This document shows positions 13,101 through 22,102 of a stretch of 64,000 nt of DNA, one piece after another. Both the position numbers and the translations under genes were made by a program. The DNA is from Salisapilia sapeloensis CBS 127946. Lineage: Eukaryota; Protista; Oomycota. The stretch spans positions 1-64,000 of the forward strand of contig JAADVB010000042.1 in NCBI GenBank assembly GCA_023334545.1, in the 5' to 3' direction. The notes under the pieces are model-generated. The model searched no databases and was not told where the DNA came from. It saw only the letters and a program-made list of their open reading frames with translations. Each line of letters opens with the position of its first letter. Position 1 is the first letter of the stretch.

Positions 13101-16100
13101 AGTCAGAACTTCCTAGGAGAGCGAGGACGAACTTGTCAAAGTGCTCTAGCAACGGGTACAACTGCAAGATCATCTCTAGGTCGATCTCACTGCTGTCTGC
13201 TTGGTACAGCTGCACAGCGTACGACTGCTGAAGAAGTGAATATTCCGTCAGTGACTTGGAATTCTTGCTCGGTCGCTTCCGTCCAGAGCTGCCGAAGACG
13301 GCATCGACAACATCTAGCTGTCCTCTCTCACAGAACATGGACCAGTCAAACTCGGAAAGGATACGCAGTTGACGCAGTCTCGCGTCTACGCTTGCCCATA
13401 GAGTTTGCAGCTGACTGCGCTTTTCTCCGTTGGTGCTAGTGATGGCCTTTTGAACAGTAGAGCGAATGCGTTGGTAAGAAGCGTCATGAAGGAATGAATA
13501 CAACGGCCAGTGCAGACTCGTAGGGTCTTCAACGACACTAGAAATATCCACAGTAGTTGACTCGAGATGTTCCATGACACGTTTAACGAAGTCATTGTGC
13601 AAAATGAAGCTCAAGAAGCGTGCGAGCAATAGAGCCTGAGAGTTATCCAAAGCCGGATGTGCCTTAATCACCTTGTGAAGGGCGAATGAAAGCCTCTGGT
13701 ATACATTTCGGTTCGAAAGGCTGCTTGCAACCTGACGTAAGTGCTGCAGTGCGTAGAGAGCCAACTCGAAAGAGACAGTATGCTCTTTACTCTTTAGCGG
13801 CCGAAGCGACTGCGCAGCCTCTTTCAGCATCTTCTGGTCCGAAAGGACCTTGGCATGGTCTCCTGTAGAAACGACGTATTCTGCCCATGGAGCCGCGTGC
13901 AACTGCTCTTCTTGTACTGGTCGCCTTTGATTTCCAGTCAGTGTTAACAAGAGGCTATCATCAGCATTGGATGCACCCAGACAAGCCACCAGGTAGTCTA
14001 CGTATGCGAAATCTTGTTGCATAATCACATCGTCTGGATTCTGACAGAGCATTCGTGTAGATAGTGGAAATCGCATATGCACTCGTTGCATACCAGATGA
14101 ATCCTCCGCGAGAGATTTAAGAGCGTTCATGAAGAGTGACTTGGCAAGCTCTTCCAAGTTGAGGTCATTCAACAGATCTGCTCCGTAGACCATACGAAGC
14201 GAACTAGCAACTGCTTCCATCACAGGTACACCTCTCTGCACTTCCTTCATCGACAGAGCAGACCAGTTCTCCAAGTATCGTCTAGTCATACGTCCACCAC
14301 CTCGCACAGAGCTCATCTCTTTCACTATCGCAGTGTGCAGATCACAGAAGGCATTGCACAGATCTAAGCCAGGCACTCCACTCGATGCAACGACCTTGAT
14401 TCCATCAATGTTCGAGTCTTCATCGTTACTTCGCTCCAGGACAGCGATCTCAATGCAACGGTTACGCATAGCTCGCGAGACTTCACCAAACTGAGGATCC
14501 ATCGCCAAGAAGAGACGGAAGTTTGGATGCGGCTTAATCACACGGAGTTCTCCATTCACCAATCCACACTCGTTCACGAGCAGCTCGCCGCCAGCCTCCA
14601 TCAAGGCATTTAGTCTATCCAAGACAGAGGAGCTGCAGAAATTGACATTGTCAAGTAGAATCCATTCGCCATGCTCCAATGCATGAAGAAGGGATCCATC
14701 CATCCATTCGAACCGACTTGCGATTGACTTGGAAGAACTCAGCGCCACCACTTGTTTGAGCTCATCACGAAGAGTGGAGATTTCGCTCACTACATCGTTA
14801 CTGCTTTCAACGTAAGGCGTCGAGGATTCAATGGAAGTAAGCACTTCCTGCAAAAGTTCCACCAGTACACTGTCAATGTGATTCTTTGTGGCTTGAGCAC
14901 GTTTGACGCCAGTCGACGTGCTTCTGCGTGTAAACGCATCGTCCTGTTGGTCTCCTTCCCGCTTGCATAATGACCACCAAGCGTTCGTCAGTCTTCTCCA
15001 GGCTTTCATCACACCACCACGTTCTTTACTTGTACAAGAAGCAGCGGCAGTAGCCAAGTATGGCAGTACCTGACGATAGACTGCAGCTACTTCCTTCTTC
15101 ACTGTCCTCAGCTTCCGACCAACGTCTACTTGTTCAAAGCAGCCGAGTAGCTCTGTAGCATCCGTTCCACTACTCATACCAAGTTCATGCAACGTATTGC
15201 CACTGAGTGCAGCTAAAAGACGTACAGCCGACGTCTTACCACTAGCTGGAGGTCCAATGAGAAGCGCAGGCCAGCTCATGTTGACACAATGGACAAGAGC
15301 TTCCATGGGCTTCAATAAGAAGTCCAGTACAGGCGGCACGACTCTACCGAGCTTTAGTTGGCTCTGTCGTGTCAGCTCAGACCTGCCGATAAGCACTCTG
15401 TTCTGCGTCACACGTAGACTCACAGACTCTGGTGCTTCTGGCGAGACACCGAAGAGCTGTTTAAATCGTTGAGAGATCAACTCGCGGTCTCTTGCAGATC
15501 GCATACGTTCGACATAGATGATACGAGCGTAGTACTGTAGCGCCTGCAGTTCTTCTTGTGGGGTCGAGACAGCAGAATGTTTCTTGAGCAAGTCGCAGAA
15601 ACGGAAGACATCACGCAGATTGAATTCCCACGGCGATCCTAACCGACCGTACTGACACGTCACCATCGTATCTTCATGCACGGCGGTATTGAACTGGATT
15701 AAACGCTTGAGTAACGTCGACTCTTCCATCATATCCCCACTCGTTGATTCCAATATGTGATCGAACTGAGGGTAGCTAGACGACGCGATGTGGATTAGAT
15801 CCTGCTCTTGCAACATATCCACAAAGACGCGCGTGAATCGATTCAGGAATGACTTTGGAAGACCTTTACGACCACCACCTTGACGGAGTGGGTTCTGAGC
15901 CGCAAAAACTCGGAAAGATGGTGGACAGGAGAATTCACGATCTAGCTCTGGGATGTATACACTGCCTCGATGGTCTAGACACGAATTCAAACCTTCCAGA
16001 ACAGACTGGGAGGCTAGATTCAGCTCATCTAGCAGCACCCAGTCGCCAGCTTTCAACGCACGTAGGAAGACTCCGTCACTCCATTCAAAGAGCCCTTCGC

Positions 16101-19100
16101 CCGACTCGCTGCCAGTAGTCGATGGCAGGTCTGAACCAAACAGATCTGAGATGTCAGTCTGCTCGGATAAATTGATTCGCACAACGCGATGTCCGGATGC
16201 CTTTGCAAGAGCGCTAATTAAGCTCGTCTTACCAACACCAGGTGAACCTTCAAGCAGAATAGGCCGCTGCACTTGCATGGCACGAAGGACACGGAAGAGG
16301 TTGCCCATGGTCGTTGGCGCCTTGAGCGAGAATGGAACCTTGTTCGCTGCTCTATCAAGCTGACGCCGGTCGCCACATGGAATAGTGAAAGGCTCGATAC
16401 CGAATCGACTGCCATCATCATTCGTGAGCATATGGATGTCACCATCAACAGCACGCTTAGTCGCTTCCAAGGACTCTTTCACCATTTCTTTATCCGGTAT
16501 TCCGTCTGGAACAAGTTGCAGCAAATGGGTATAGGCTTCATCACGCGCCTTTAACGCCGTTGAAAGTGCCTTGTCCGAGCCTAGACCAAGCCCATCGAGT
16601 ACAGACAGAGCGGCACCTTGAACAAAGGCCACCCATGGCGACATGTGGTCTGTGTTTCTTAAGAGTCCACCGATGAAGCCGATCCAACTCAAGATATCAC
16701 GAAGTGTGACTTCTCCACACCCACCAAGTCCTCCATTCACCTTGTTGAATTGCTGGACAAAGGATAGAATGGGTTGTTGAAGGAGAGAGCCTAGACTCGG
16801 TTGAGACGGAGACTTGACCAAAGGCATCGAAGCGGCTGATAGACGATCGTTTACAATCGTTGCAATGTCTTCCATGTCCGAGATGGACGGGACCCAGATT
16901 TCCGTGAAACGGTTGCGCAAGGCAGGAGACAGCTCACGCTTACCAAAGTCACCACCAGGATTCATGGTCGCGAGAATACGCCACTCGTCTTTGGCATAAA
17001 TTTCTTCCACTTGGTCACCACCTTTCTCCGCTAGTAAGAGTCCTCTGGATGGCTCCAAGACACTGTTTAGACGCTCTAGCACAGCATCTTCGGCCAAGTT
17101 GACTTCATCCACGAGTAGCAAGTCACCTTGTTTCATGGACTCGACGAGCGGACCATCTGCCCATTCAAAGAGAGCATTCTGACGCTTTCGTAGTTGTTGA
17201 ATCCGGTTCAGAAGTGACGAATCGTCGCTCGTTTCCATATCCACGTCTTCGCTACTTTGTTTCTTAGAGATCTGATCGACCTGTGCGATGAGATCGGATA
17301 AACTTTTATCCGTATGACTATCAGAATCAGTATGTTGCGAAATGTACTCTAAACAGAGCTGCTTGAGCTCTTCCACGACGTGTTCCTTGCCACGTACAGG
17401 TCGTAGGCAACCCAAGAAATCGGACGTCTCGGTGTGTTGGTGGCAGTTTAGTACATGCAGCTTCTGCGAAAGAAGCAGGGAGTAGAGCTGACAGACTGTC
17501 GTTTTACCACATCCGGTTTCACCAACCAAGAGCACAGGTTCTTTATGCTGGAGACATCTTCCTACTAACGCAAACAGACGTCGAAGAGATTTGGTGACAC
17601 TGATCATGTCGAGACCTGCAGCATTACCACTCAATTCAGATTTGCTTTCTGCGTCCCGTTCTTGGATGGCTTGCTCAATTAGCGATTGGACACGAGCGAA
17701 TTGGTCTGGTGTTCCCCACACAAGCTCATGTTCGACATCTCCATTTTCGTTCAACAGGGTCGATTCACGTGCCTCTCCACGATAATACAAAGCGTCCAGA
17801 TCGATTTTGACTTTGCATGTGTCTTCCAAGACCTTTCGTACCACATTTTTCTCTTCATCGCGACGTAGACGTTCAGCTAAGAGGCAATACCCTTCTTCCG
17901 CAAGCTGCTGCTTTGTCATCGGTCGACGTTCTGCCCATCGCAGAAGGTCACGAGTTGTGATGAAGCCACTCTTTCCAGCAAAGATAGATGACTGCTGCCG
18001 GACAAGCTGTAGTTGTCGCATGATCTCAATCAAGAGCGCGCAGAAGGATGGAGGAAGAGCACTACGCTCTTGTAAGATCGTCTGCAGCTCCGATGACGGC
18101 GGTTCATCCACTTGGATCTCAATGAAACGATTGCGGAAGGCTCTAGAGAGTACCTTACGTCCGCCATATAGACCTGGTGGGTTCTGTGTCGCGAACAGCA
18201 TGAACTTGGGATGAGGCTTAATCGTTTCTTGCGTCTCGGCCAAGAACAGTTCGCGATTGTCATCAAGCAGTCGATTTAGAGCTTCCAACACTTCAGACGG
18301 AGCCAAGTTCAATTCATCCAAAATGATCCACCAACCATGACGAACAGCTTCGACAAGCACACCTTCTTGGAAGGTCAGACGTCCATTTGAGTCCGAAACA
18401 TAGCTACCCAAGTACTCTTGGATATCCGTGTGCTCATGGTTATTAATTCGCACGCACTTTTGACCCAATCGAGCAGCCAGGTACGTCACCAACGACGTTT
18501 TACCAGCAGACGTTGGACCTTGTAACAGGACAGGGTATGTTCCGATCACAGCAGCACGAGCTAGATGGCGCAAATTCTCTTCCACAGCTTTCGTTAAGAC
18601 AAATTTACGTCGATTTGTCGTTGGATCGACTTCGGCTTCATCCACCGGTTCCATGTTCTCTCCCTTTGTGAGCCAGTAGGAGCTTACTAGAAGGAACTCA
18701 TCATCTGTCTTCTTACCTCCAGGTCGTGGTGGTGCCCGCAGCAGCTCTTTCGCTTTCATCTGCTTTGCAAACACATTCTTGACTGTACGCTCCAATGCAT
18801 GCTTGGACTCAAGCTCCAGTTGGGCACAAAAGGTAGAGCAGAAACCTTCGTACAACGCACGTTGCAAGCCGTATCCTCGTTGAATGAGAATGCGCGTGAT
18901 GTGCAATGCTTGCGAGAGCGTTCGAAGGGAGTAGCGCGGTTTGTGTCGAGCTCCATCACTCAGCTTTTCCTCTGCCTGCTTACGTGCATCAAGGTAAAAG
19001 TCCACTGTCTCCGTCACAGGAGGTGCACTTAACTCTCGGAATTGTCGCTCGACGATCATTTGAAGGTCTGGCTTATTGACACATTCGTCCACGTATATCT

Positions 19101-21897
19101 CTGTAAAGCGGTTTCGTAATGCCGGTGGGAGATCCTTCTTACCAACGTCGGTCGATGGGTTCATCGCACCAAAAAGACGGAAGTTTGGATGTGGGCGAAT
19201 GATCTCGACGTCACCGCGTTCCGTCAACGAGAAAGCGCTCGTGTCGTGTTCCAAGAGCGTACTGATACGTTCTAGAGTGTCGGATGATGCAAGGTTTAGC
19301 TCATCCAGCAGCACCCAATGACCTTCCCGTAAGGCTTTGACGAGAACACCTTCCACAAAGGCAAAGGCAAAGTGAGACTCGACTTGCTCTTTCTGGCGTT
19401 CAAAGCGATCCAAGTCAGCTTCGAAATCTTCCCACTTACTGCGCAAAACGCTGGAGGATCCACCATCTAGCGCCATTTTCTTCGCATCCTTTTCAGCATC
19501 ACCCTTACGGAGCTTTGCATTTGCCATGCCAACCGCCTTGCGCATCCCTTGCACCATCTTGCCCCACAACTTTTTTTCAAACGCTGTCCGAATCAAGTTT
19601 AAAAACTCGGCGTTACGCGTTTGAGACACTGTGGCGGCGAAGAGATCAATAAATGAGAGGTAGAGCGGCTTGGCAAGAAGGTGGAGTTCCACTGGCTTAA
19701 ACCCTCCGACAAGGTCTGCGCTGTCACTTTGGACGTTCAGATTTTGCACCACGAGCTTCTGACCGATGGAGGCTGCCAAGTGCTGAATGACGGTCGTCTT
19801 ACCACAACCTGTTTCACCAACCAACAACGCAGGCTCCTTCGTGTGCACCACCGCAGCCATCTTCTCTAGCAAACGCAGGACATCACCAGTCATGACCATG
19901 GACGCATTATCGGTTGCATAGTAGTTGGCACTTTCCATTCGAACCATGTGCACGCGACCAACCGTCACTTCTTTTGAACTAGAAGAAAAGTGAGGCTTGT
20001 GCTGCTCCAGCAGATTCATAATGCGAGTCTCCTCGATCTCCCACACGCGCGCAATGGCGACAGCAGCCTGCATGCGCGTATTCGGTTCTCGGATACCAGC
20101 GCAAAAGACGTCAAAAGCTTCCACAAGCACTTGCACGCGATCTTCCTCTGTCCGATACGTTCTTTCGCTTTCAGTATCTGAACTGTTTTGGACACGACAG
20201 AACGTCGTGATGCGACGACACCACTTCAGTAGGTCACGTAGCCCAAACTCACGACCGTAGTTACGTCTCGTTTCGTTCCAGAGTTTCCAGTTCGTAAACG
20301 ACTTTTCATCAGCTTTACCAGATACTAGTTCGTACGTTTGCATGATTTTGCCAAGCCATTGACTAGGAATGGTACGGAACTTAGACTGTAGGACTTGCAG
20401 CACTTCGGACAGCGGCAATGTCTGGAGATTGATTACCGTCCAGATGGACGATTGGAAACCTCGTGGTAGCTGTCTTCCTGTCGTCGTCGTCGCGAATAGC
20501 TGGAAGTTCGAGTGTGCAACCAGCTTTTCACCTCGACCAGGCATTTCCATCTCTCTCGTTTCTAGGAGTGGCATGAGCGCAGCTAGGACCTCGAATGGAG
20601 CTCGGTCGATGTCTTCAATGACCACCCACCGACCTTCGGTGACAGCAGTGGTCAGTGCACCAGGCTGCCATGTGAACTCACCAGGTACGTCTGTGCATAC
20701 GTACGTACCAAGAAGGGTCTTGCTATCGATTTGGTCATCTAAATGCAGCTCGACTAGTTCCGGATTTTGAGCTAAACGAGCGAGTTCGCGAATGGATGCA
20801 GTCTTCCCACCTCCGCTTGTACCCGACACCAAGATGGGTTTGCTCATACCAAGTGCAATTGCTAAAGAACGCAAGTTTTGCTTTGTGCCGTCCGTATTCA
20901 CAAGTGGTTGCTGACTAGGCTTCTCACTTTCATCAGACAATCGACTGTCTGTATGCGATGGTAGGAGGACACCAAAGATATTACATAGTGATTCGTGGAA
21001 AGAGATCGGCTGAATCTGCTCATCCGAGACGTGCTCGAATCTAGATTCATGCAGGACAGACGCTATGCTTTCATCTTCTTGCTTTGCCAGTTGGACATGA
21101 TGCGCTAGCTCAATCTCTTGAGCACCACTGTTTTGAGATGCAGTGCCTGACGTCGTATCGACACCGAGCTGGGCTAAGAAAGCGTTGCGCTGTGTAGAAT
21201 TCATTTGTAGAACGATGATGGTGCAGCGAGCGGCATACCATCGCACGGAGTTGTTGTTGTGAAAGCAGAGAGGGAAGATGGGCGTCCAATTCCACATCGT
21301 GATAAAGGTGTTAGGGTCAAACTGGAGCAACTTGAGAGCTGTCTGTAGAACCGAGGCAAGTCTTCTTTCGAGCTGTTGCTTATTCTTTTTGGCTGGAGAG
21401 GACGGGATGCTGGCAAGCTCGAAGAAGCACTGAGAGTCGCGAAAGTGGTGAAAAATGACGGATTGACCGCTTTTCGGAACGTACGACAATAGTTCAGCTA
21501 ATGCACCGGCAATGACTTCACTTCTCTGTATAGAATCATTGCACTCGATGATGGTACTGCCATTCTCAATGGCGTATACGACTGTGGACGGACGCACGAA
21601 CCGAGTAAGGATGTCTAGTAGAAACGGACGAAATTCTTGCACAAAAACTGGAAGGCAATCCTGATGTCCCATGCAGCTTGCAATCACCTGAAGTACAGAG
21701 CTAGCATCCATGGACTGCTCCTTGAGCGTCCACTGTCCATTCTTATCGGCCTTGAGCAGTGGTTTCACCGCAGGATGCTGCGACAACGGCACTGGTCCAT
21801 CGCTTAGTTGAATTGCGGCTCTGAGCAGTGCATTGTTGAAGCCTTGGTTCAGTCGAGCGCGATCTAGACGCGGCACGGTAGCGTTCGACTCGGTCAT
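4189..21897 (-). CDS. MDN1: Midasin (MDN1/REA1) dynein-related AAA ATPase for pre-60S maturation, ~5902 aa, single exon
   Basis: Six Walker A motifs (GTSGGGKT, GETGCGKT, GPTSAGKT, GETGCGKT, GSPGVGKT, GPPASGKT), repeated LDELNLA and LRNRF motifs, a long linker, a D/E-rich region and a C-terminal MIDAS/vWA domain (IDDSESM; KRINMRKVIPYIASQFRKDKIWMRR). The ORF-track start at 21975 is GTG; the first ATG is 21897. Confidence 0.98.
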   Translation of the reverse strand: MTESNATVPRLDRARLNQGFNNALLRAAIQLSDGPVPLSQHPAVKPLLKADKNGQWTLKEQSMDASSVLQVIASCMGHQDCLPVFVQEFRPFLLDILTRFVRPSTVVYAIENGSTIIECNDSIQRSEVIAGALAELLSYVPKSGQSVIFHHFRDSQCFFELASIPSSPAKKNKQQLERRLASVLQTALKLLQFDPNTFITMWNWTPIFPLCFHNNNSVRWYAARCTIIVLQMNSTQRNAFLAQLGVDTTSGTASQNSGAQEIELAHHVQLAKQEDESIASVLHESRFEHVSDEQIQPISFHESLCNIFGVLLPSHTDSRLSDESEKPSQQPLVNTDGTKQNLRSLAIALGMSKPILVSGTSGGGKTASIRELARLAQNPELVELHLDDQIDSKTLLGTYVCTDVPGEFTWQPGALTTAVTEGRWVVIEDIDRAPFEVLAALMPLLETREMEMPGRGEKLVAHSNFQLFATTTTGRQLPRGFQSSIWTVINLQTLPLSEVLQVLQSKFRTIPSQWLGKIMQTYELVSGKADEKSFTNWKLWNETRRNYGREFGLRDLLKWCRRITTFCRVQNSSDTESERTYRTEEDRVQVLVEAFDVFCAGIREPNTRMQAAVAIARVWEIEETRIMNLLEQHKPHFSSSSKEVTVGRVHMVRMESANYYATDNASMVMTGDVLRLLEKMAAVVHTKEPALLVGETGCGKTTVIQHLAASIGQKLVVQNLNVQSDSADLVGGFKPVELHLLAKPLYLSFIDLFAATVSQTRNAEFLNLIRTAFEKKLWGKMVQGMRKAVGMANAKLRKGDAEKDAKKMALDGGSSSVLRSKWEDFEADLDRFERQKEQVESHFAFAFVEGVLVKALREGHWVLLDELNLASSDTLERISTLLEHDTSAFSLTERGDVEIIRPHPNFRLFGAMNPSTDVGKKDLPPALRNRFTEIYVDECVNKPDLQMIVERQFRELSAPPVTETVDFYLDARKQAEEKLSDGARHKPRYSLRTLSQALHITRILIQRGYGLQRALYEGFCSTFCAQLELESKHALERTVKNVFAKQMKAKELLRAPPRPGGKKTDDEFLLVSSYWLTKGENMEPVDEAEVDPTTNRRKFVLTKAVEENLRHLARAAVIGTYPVLLQGPTSAGKTSLVTYLAARLGQKCVRINNHEHTDIQEYLGSYVSDSNGRLTFQEGVLVEAVRHGWWIILDELNLAPSEVLEALNRLLDDNRELFLAETQETIKPHPKFMLFATQNPPGLYGGRKVLSRAFRNRFIEIQVDEPPSSELQTILQERSALPPSFCALLIEIMRQLQLVRQQSSIFAGKSGFITTRDLLRWAERRPMTKQQLAEEGYCLLAERLRRDEEKNVVRKVLEDTCKVKIDLDALYYRGEARESTLLNENGDVEHELVWGTPDQFARVQSLIEQAIQERDAESKSELSGNAAGLDMISVTKSLRRLFALVGRCLQHKEPVLLVGETGCGKTTVCQLYSLLLSQKLHVLNCHQHTETSDFLGCLRPVRGKEHVVEELKQLCLEYISQHTDSDSHTDKSLSDLIAQVDQISKKQSSEDVDMETSDDSSLLNRIQQLRKRQNALFEWADGPLVESMKQGDLLLVDEVNLAEDAVLERLNSVLEPSRGLLLAEKGGDQVEEIYAKDEWRILATMNPGGDFGKRELSPALRNRFTEIWVPSISDMEDIATIVNDRLSAASMPLVKSPSQPSLGSLLQQPILSFVQQFNKVNGGLGGCGEVTLRDILSWIGFIGGLLRNTDHMSPWVAFVQGAALSVLDGLGLGSDKALSTALKARDEAYTHLLQLVPDGIPDKEMVKESLEATKRAVDGDIHMLTNDDGSRFGIEPFTIPCGDRRQLDRAANKVPFSLKAPTTMGNLFRVLRAMQVQRPILLEGSPGVGKTSLISALAKASGHRVVRINLSEQTDISDLFGSDLPSTTGSESGEGLFEWSDGVFLRALKAGDWVLLDELNLASQSVLEGLNSCLDHRGSVYIPELDREFSCPPSFRVFAAQNPLRQGGGRKGLPKSFLNRFTRVFVDMLQEQDLIHIASSSYPQFDHILESTSGDMMEESTLLKRLIQFNTAVHEDTMVTCQYGRLGSPWEFNLRDVFRFCDLLKKHSAVSTPQEELQALQYYARIIYVERMRSARDRELISQRFKQLFGVSPEAPESVSLRVTQNRVLIGRSELTRQSQLKLGRVVPPVLDFLLKPMEALVHCVNMSWPALLIGPPASGKTSAVRLLAALSGNTLHELGMSSGTDATELLGCFEQVDVGRKLRTVKKEVAAVYRQVLPYLATAAASCTSKERGGVMKAWRRLTNAWWSLCKREGDQQDDAFTRRSTSTGVKRAQATKNHIDSVLVELLQEVLTSIESSTPYVESSNDVVSEISTLRDELKQVVALSSSKSIASRFEWMDGSLLHALEHGEWILLDNVNFCSSSVLDRLNALMEAGGELLVNECGLVNGELRVIKPHPNFRLFLAMDPQFGEVSRAMRNRCIEIAVLERSNDEDSNIDGIKVVASSGVPGLDLCNAFCDLHTAIVKEMSSVRGGGRMTRRYLENWSALSMKEVQRGVPVMEAVASSLRMVYGADLLNDLNLEELAKSLFMNALKSLAEDSSGMQRVHMRFPLSTRMLCQNPDDVIMQQDFAYVDYLVACLGASNADDSLLLTLTGNQRRPVQEEQLHAAPWAEYVVSTGDHAKVLSDQKMLKEAAQSLRPLKSKEHTVSFELALYALQHLRQVASSLSNRNVYQRLSFALHKVIKAHPALDNSQALLLARFLSFILHNDFVKRVMEHLESTTVDISSVVEDPTSLHWPLYSFLHDASYQRIRSTVQKAITSTNGEKRSQLQTLWASVDARLRQLRILSEFDWSMFCERGQLDVVDAVFGSSGRKRPSKNSKSLTEYSLLQQSYAVQLYQADSSEIDLEMILQLYPLLEHFDKFVLALLGSSDSIGAKDSNEMEWFQSALRARYDFATHLDRSTLDWTRFLVHWKWLTKSIKAYEVFVSSETGADVSTSYNDLMTLAERMQSEILQTIGRSPRKNTLWKNGGHALLPKNSDMWHAQYLLEKLSSNFMHANESCFSAVNLANGRDGSVDGQVDVLALLFGGVSSMEAAMKSGRLDVSPLFFVDTETRKEVLHALCAFSYMAQQHTRTSGEAGGKWMSQEILKLPPALLKKIRQSQEQVTSELEKKTLYLRELEDTPENAMMELMNDDERRLGRDVPILLFDLKDSAAFIDQLVQFQLGPLIEVRLAKEELALITRLIDIANSYHVQAVDIAETKLENEIASVLTELEKLVQKLMELGLRDPATYHAYQDLVWSGHAFLNKADDVEGQGGDIGNFMDLLTRHTNTVLFGFFRFLRCNSFNDSDAVALEIFNTQRRLRNLRKHSTAVGSNDSELSARVTSGLPRLLQCVESALVLNHVGEVDLEQSTIAVIEAPVRTARLAKVQHNLLASTGITSDVSESITSLLRTILVSTIMAFKKTFTEEHWLHILAVLQKRLTAATDVPQLLQLLKQSSDDAFVSRVDSHIAHVLGLLCSENSSGDIRALGLAMVQLGVLRMELLAPSSPVDPSSKPLVKQDALLQRLAGRTLHDAAVQASQRLHVVPEQSDSVAKEETEELEYLYNRIKDISAYSVQRYQESKSGSSKSVEVVSAQKFAELFRELLRFQMTILSPQKLGTITQQIQSSESLPVMERLQGELEILQQTVEGFVHQICSKYFASFRDVIEPVSASISTVVEGLGLLVMDLQRRVVEMKTKVQEQDKAALMQSLVQFPSVPRANTSAWREIDGLLNATGKQSLLNQILGYMHSSKGDVALLEIALDRSEFQFRRDVMAVIAANQSVSVSVAEKALDHAKSLFDAFLTKWKDQQNAIEQKRLEEEELVKYKTRQVDLETEEELLEKEYQEQFPDYGTSNVESFLNSGQQRGDSSNDIVISDKLLLQLFDVHVSLYAVATHSNTVSRSRKNALQAFARSFTLATRLHKAVNALSSGSIEQSILASGNLAASIVQSRLEMSSVPSLDSLSSTYVSGIDFHRDPFVKEMILVARPLQDLLIRVQGLLAMWPDHAILQQIVRIADRIRNFAISVPLAQTLTSVELLLRKAQDWEAYAARDYSISAQLSPLSALVTRWRKLELYSWPHLLVMKEKQHRNQAQKSWLQLYSLLTSPFEADVDSSRLNEDLTAKSEIQWLYLNAESSWIFLHDGSAAPTTEKSKWMSELFSTLDSYLRSCPIGQYETRLLLVYSLCCQLLTQFWNSSSSQHAYGSHFALGKVLYHLYRYYGQHLTHLGRQWDGLKAPIQKKLEEFVKIARWDEQTYYSLAESAEKSHRKLMKFVRDYDAVLTVPMQSILDTATDNGISKEGGFVGINATKTDLTSFNDYTPPPKDEEEDTEMSETEPEQIVVLRLSPEVLQSKSLTQVKLVPGSTYAERLPKLSKRITEFTTSHILSREEVKCRQKPMEVVEELCSAVFYRMDLLQKKSKELPKGAKKKALIDLLSELKTQGLEYHRLRLPEQQQRMEDIFAIDAPEVLSCLELDDIDALVDLPEAEGNSGQLKKKGKAKKKEAEMKQTQIERLRPKWLWERADSYYYRFLSQLSSLRFSAASNFSKDLSMSEVDRMSGYAENMLLNMLQQRQLLHASSLSHEHLMEGLSTLSELHEFKSAFLQESSSSQSHDLDRLVRWKLHQLDVVLRMRTPLEDLEAAIAQLVATSGSNSSTSSLMDVVSQCSSLLDQVEGSLKSSSTLPRSLGAPPVHHSSLLRLAQPMNAIASKERCGVSPEVNQITPKPTLPTSIDVLEKNSNKLEMVLSKLGQLAASVTSVAPSASVDQLHSALVALMKQDRQFRAADVSKSMSIDTLSTTTDEALHAFTSDYDDLVETVLVGVQEATKLSKSDKSEEVSEESTLTSQMNHLTQLVKAVKIKQISSKLSTVLAKLSDQYTHLSNHPDDTERRDTLSTCLSMMEAVNPALEAVKSISRQLIVDLLVTHKSMMKLDYVLVRVFRNLFFHGFCRTEEEEGDESGEGDGKMQFQDDVEGTGMGEGEGKKDVSDQIEDEEQLLGLQGEEQNEQSEGQKQDQDKGMEMENDFEGTMEDVPDEEQKEDDKEEEGEELDREMGDLEQDEENVVDEKMWGDDSDDEDDKIDKQKEKFEENANVDGEEQLEDEIRGKDDDDAGESEKKQEEDKPPQQEPETKEDEGMNEDKPEDPVNDDLEDNYEEHHQDVDAQEQDERGEEEGEDLPDDMQLDGDDEDGQDEPEGNAADQGEDEDMEEAGQEDESMEPEVGDDKEEEKEEEEEMDENAASAGAGGLEDDVEDESKEEQEAPEPQETIDDDENKASAAVAGEQATNQADDVEQSEEQKDEEEGGEMNEEQQEEQSSNSKQKQASSDVNASTEDEWRPTSEVDSSSQAQTPKEQQKRRKEEPNPYRDAQNAQEHWKRRVEMIEREADDTTEDSSQNRHENEDEEMTAAEFADEDEDAQHALAPADENQVMGQEQEGEEEKDTEMGEPEDGSMGAAAMQMEEEEKTEEEERSKPQPREEGERDHEARMDMLDPDFESKPDDESNKDKKLDGEVDNDEDLATSMAGLQTSNPAMDSVEAEEEMEVEETSLLTEEDVAKLREDLDEFIAQWGNSDNASIAQRGSELWSKYAALTSFSSQRLCEQLRLVLEPMLRAKLEGDFRTGKRINMRKVIPYIASQFRKDKIWMRRTKPSKRAYQVMVAIDDSESMADNHAGRLALEAMTTLCRSLTQLEVGELAVAKFGQKLELLHAFDAPFTDDAGGRVIAQFGFQQKKTHMVHTLDSIVKLLDEAKLNSSAGAGSTVDFTQIVFLISDGRFDSDGRIRIKKLIEKALEQQQLIVLLVVDQGDQEGTSILDTKSVSFAKGKVTMVPYLESYPFPYYVILPTSSLLPEILADSLRQWFEMLRMQS
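5200..6920 (-). repeat. Low-complexity Asp/Glu-rich coding region of midasin
   Basis: Long D/E runs between linker and MIDAS domain; they generate spurious antisense ORFs. Boundaries are approximate. Confidence 0.8.
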
Positions 21898-22102
21898 CGT
21901 AGCTCCTGATGCGATGCAAACCAACAATTTGGTCGACCTGATAACAGTCCCAAAAAGATTTTTCGGACTTGACACTGTGTTTGTGAGAAATAGCGCTCGA
22001 AATGAGACAGCACTTTATCAGGACACAAAACGACTGGAGTGCATCGCCTTGCGCTCCGACCTGCCTGCCACTTGCTAATCGCAGTATACATCGTCTTGCA
22101 AC
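21898..22102. promoter_or_regulatory. Putative bidirectional promoter shared by MDN1 and PWP1 (205 bp ATG to ATG)
   Basis: Divergent start codons 205 bp apart. No specific motif is called. Confidence 0.65.

Noticed and set aside
21898-21975. N-terminal extensions in the ORF track for MDN1 (also UPF1 32550, bZIP 37653, C2H2 51782)
   Set aside because: They begin at GTG/TTG. In a eukaryote the first in-frame ATG is the more plausible start.
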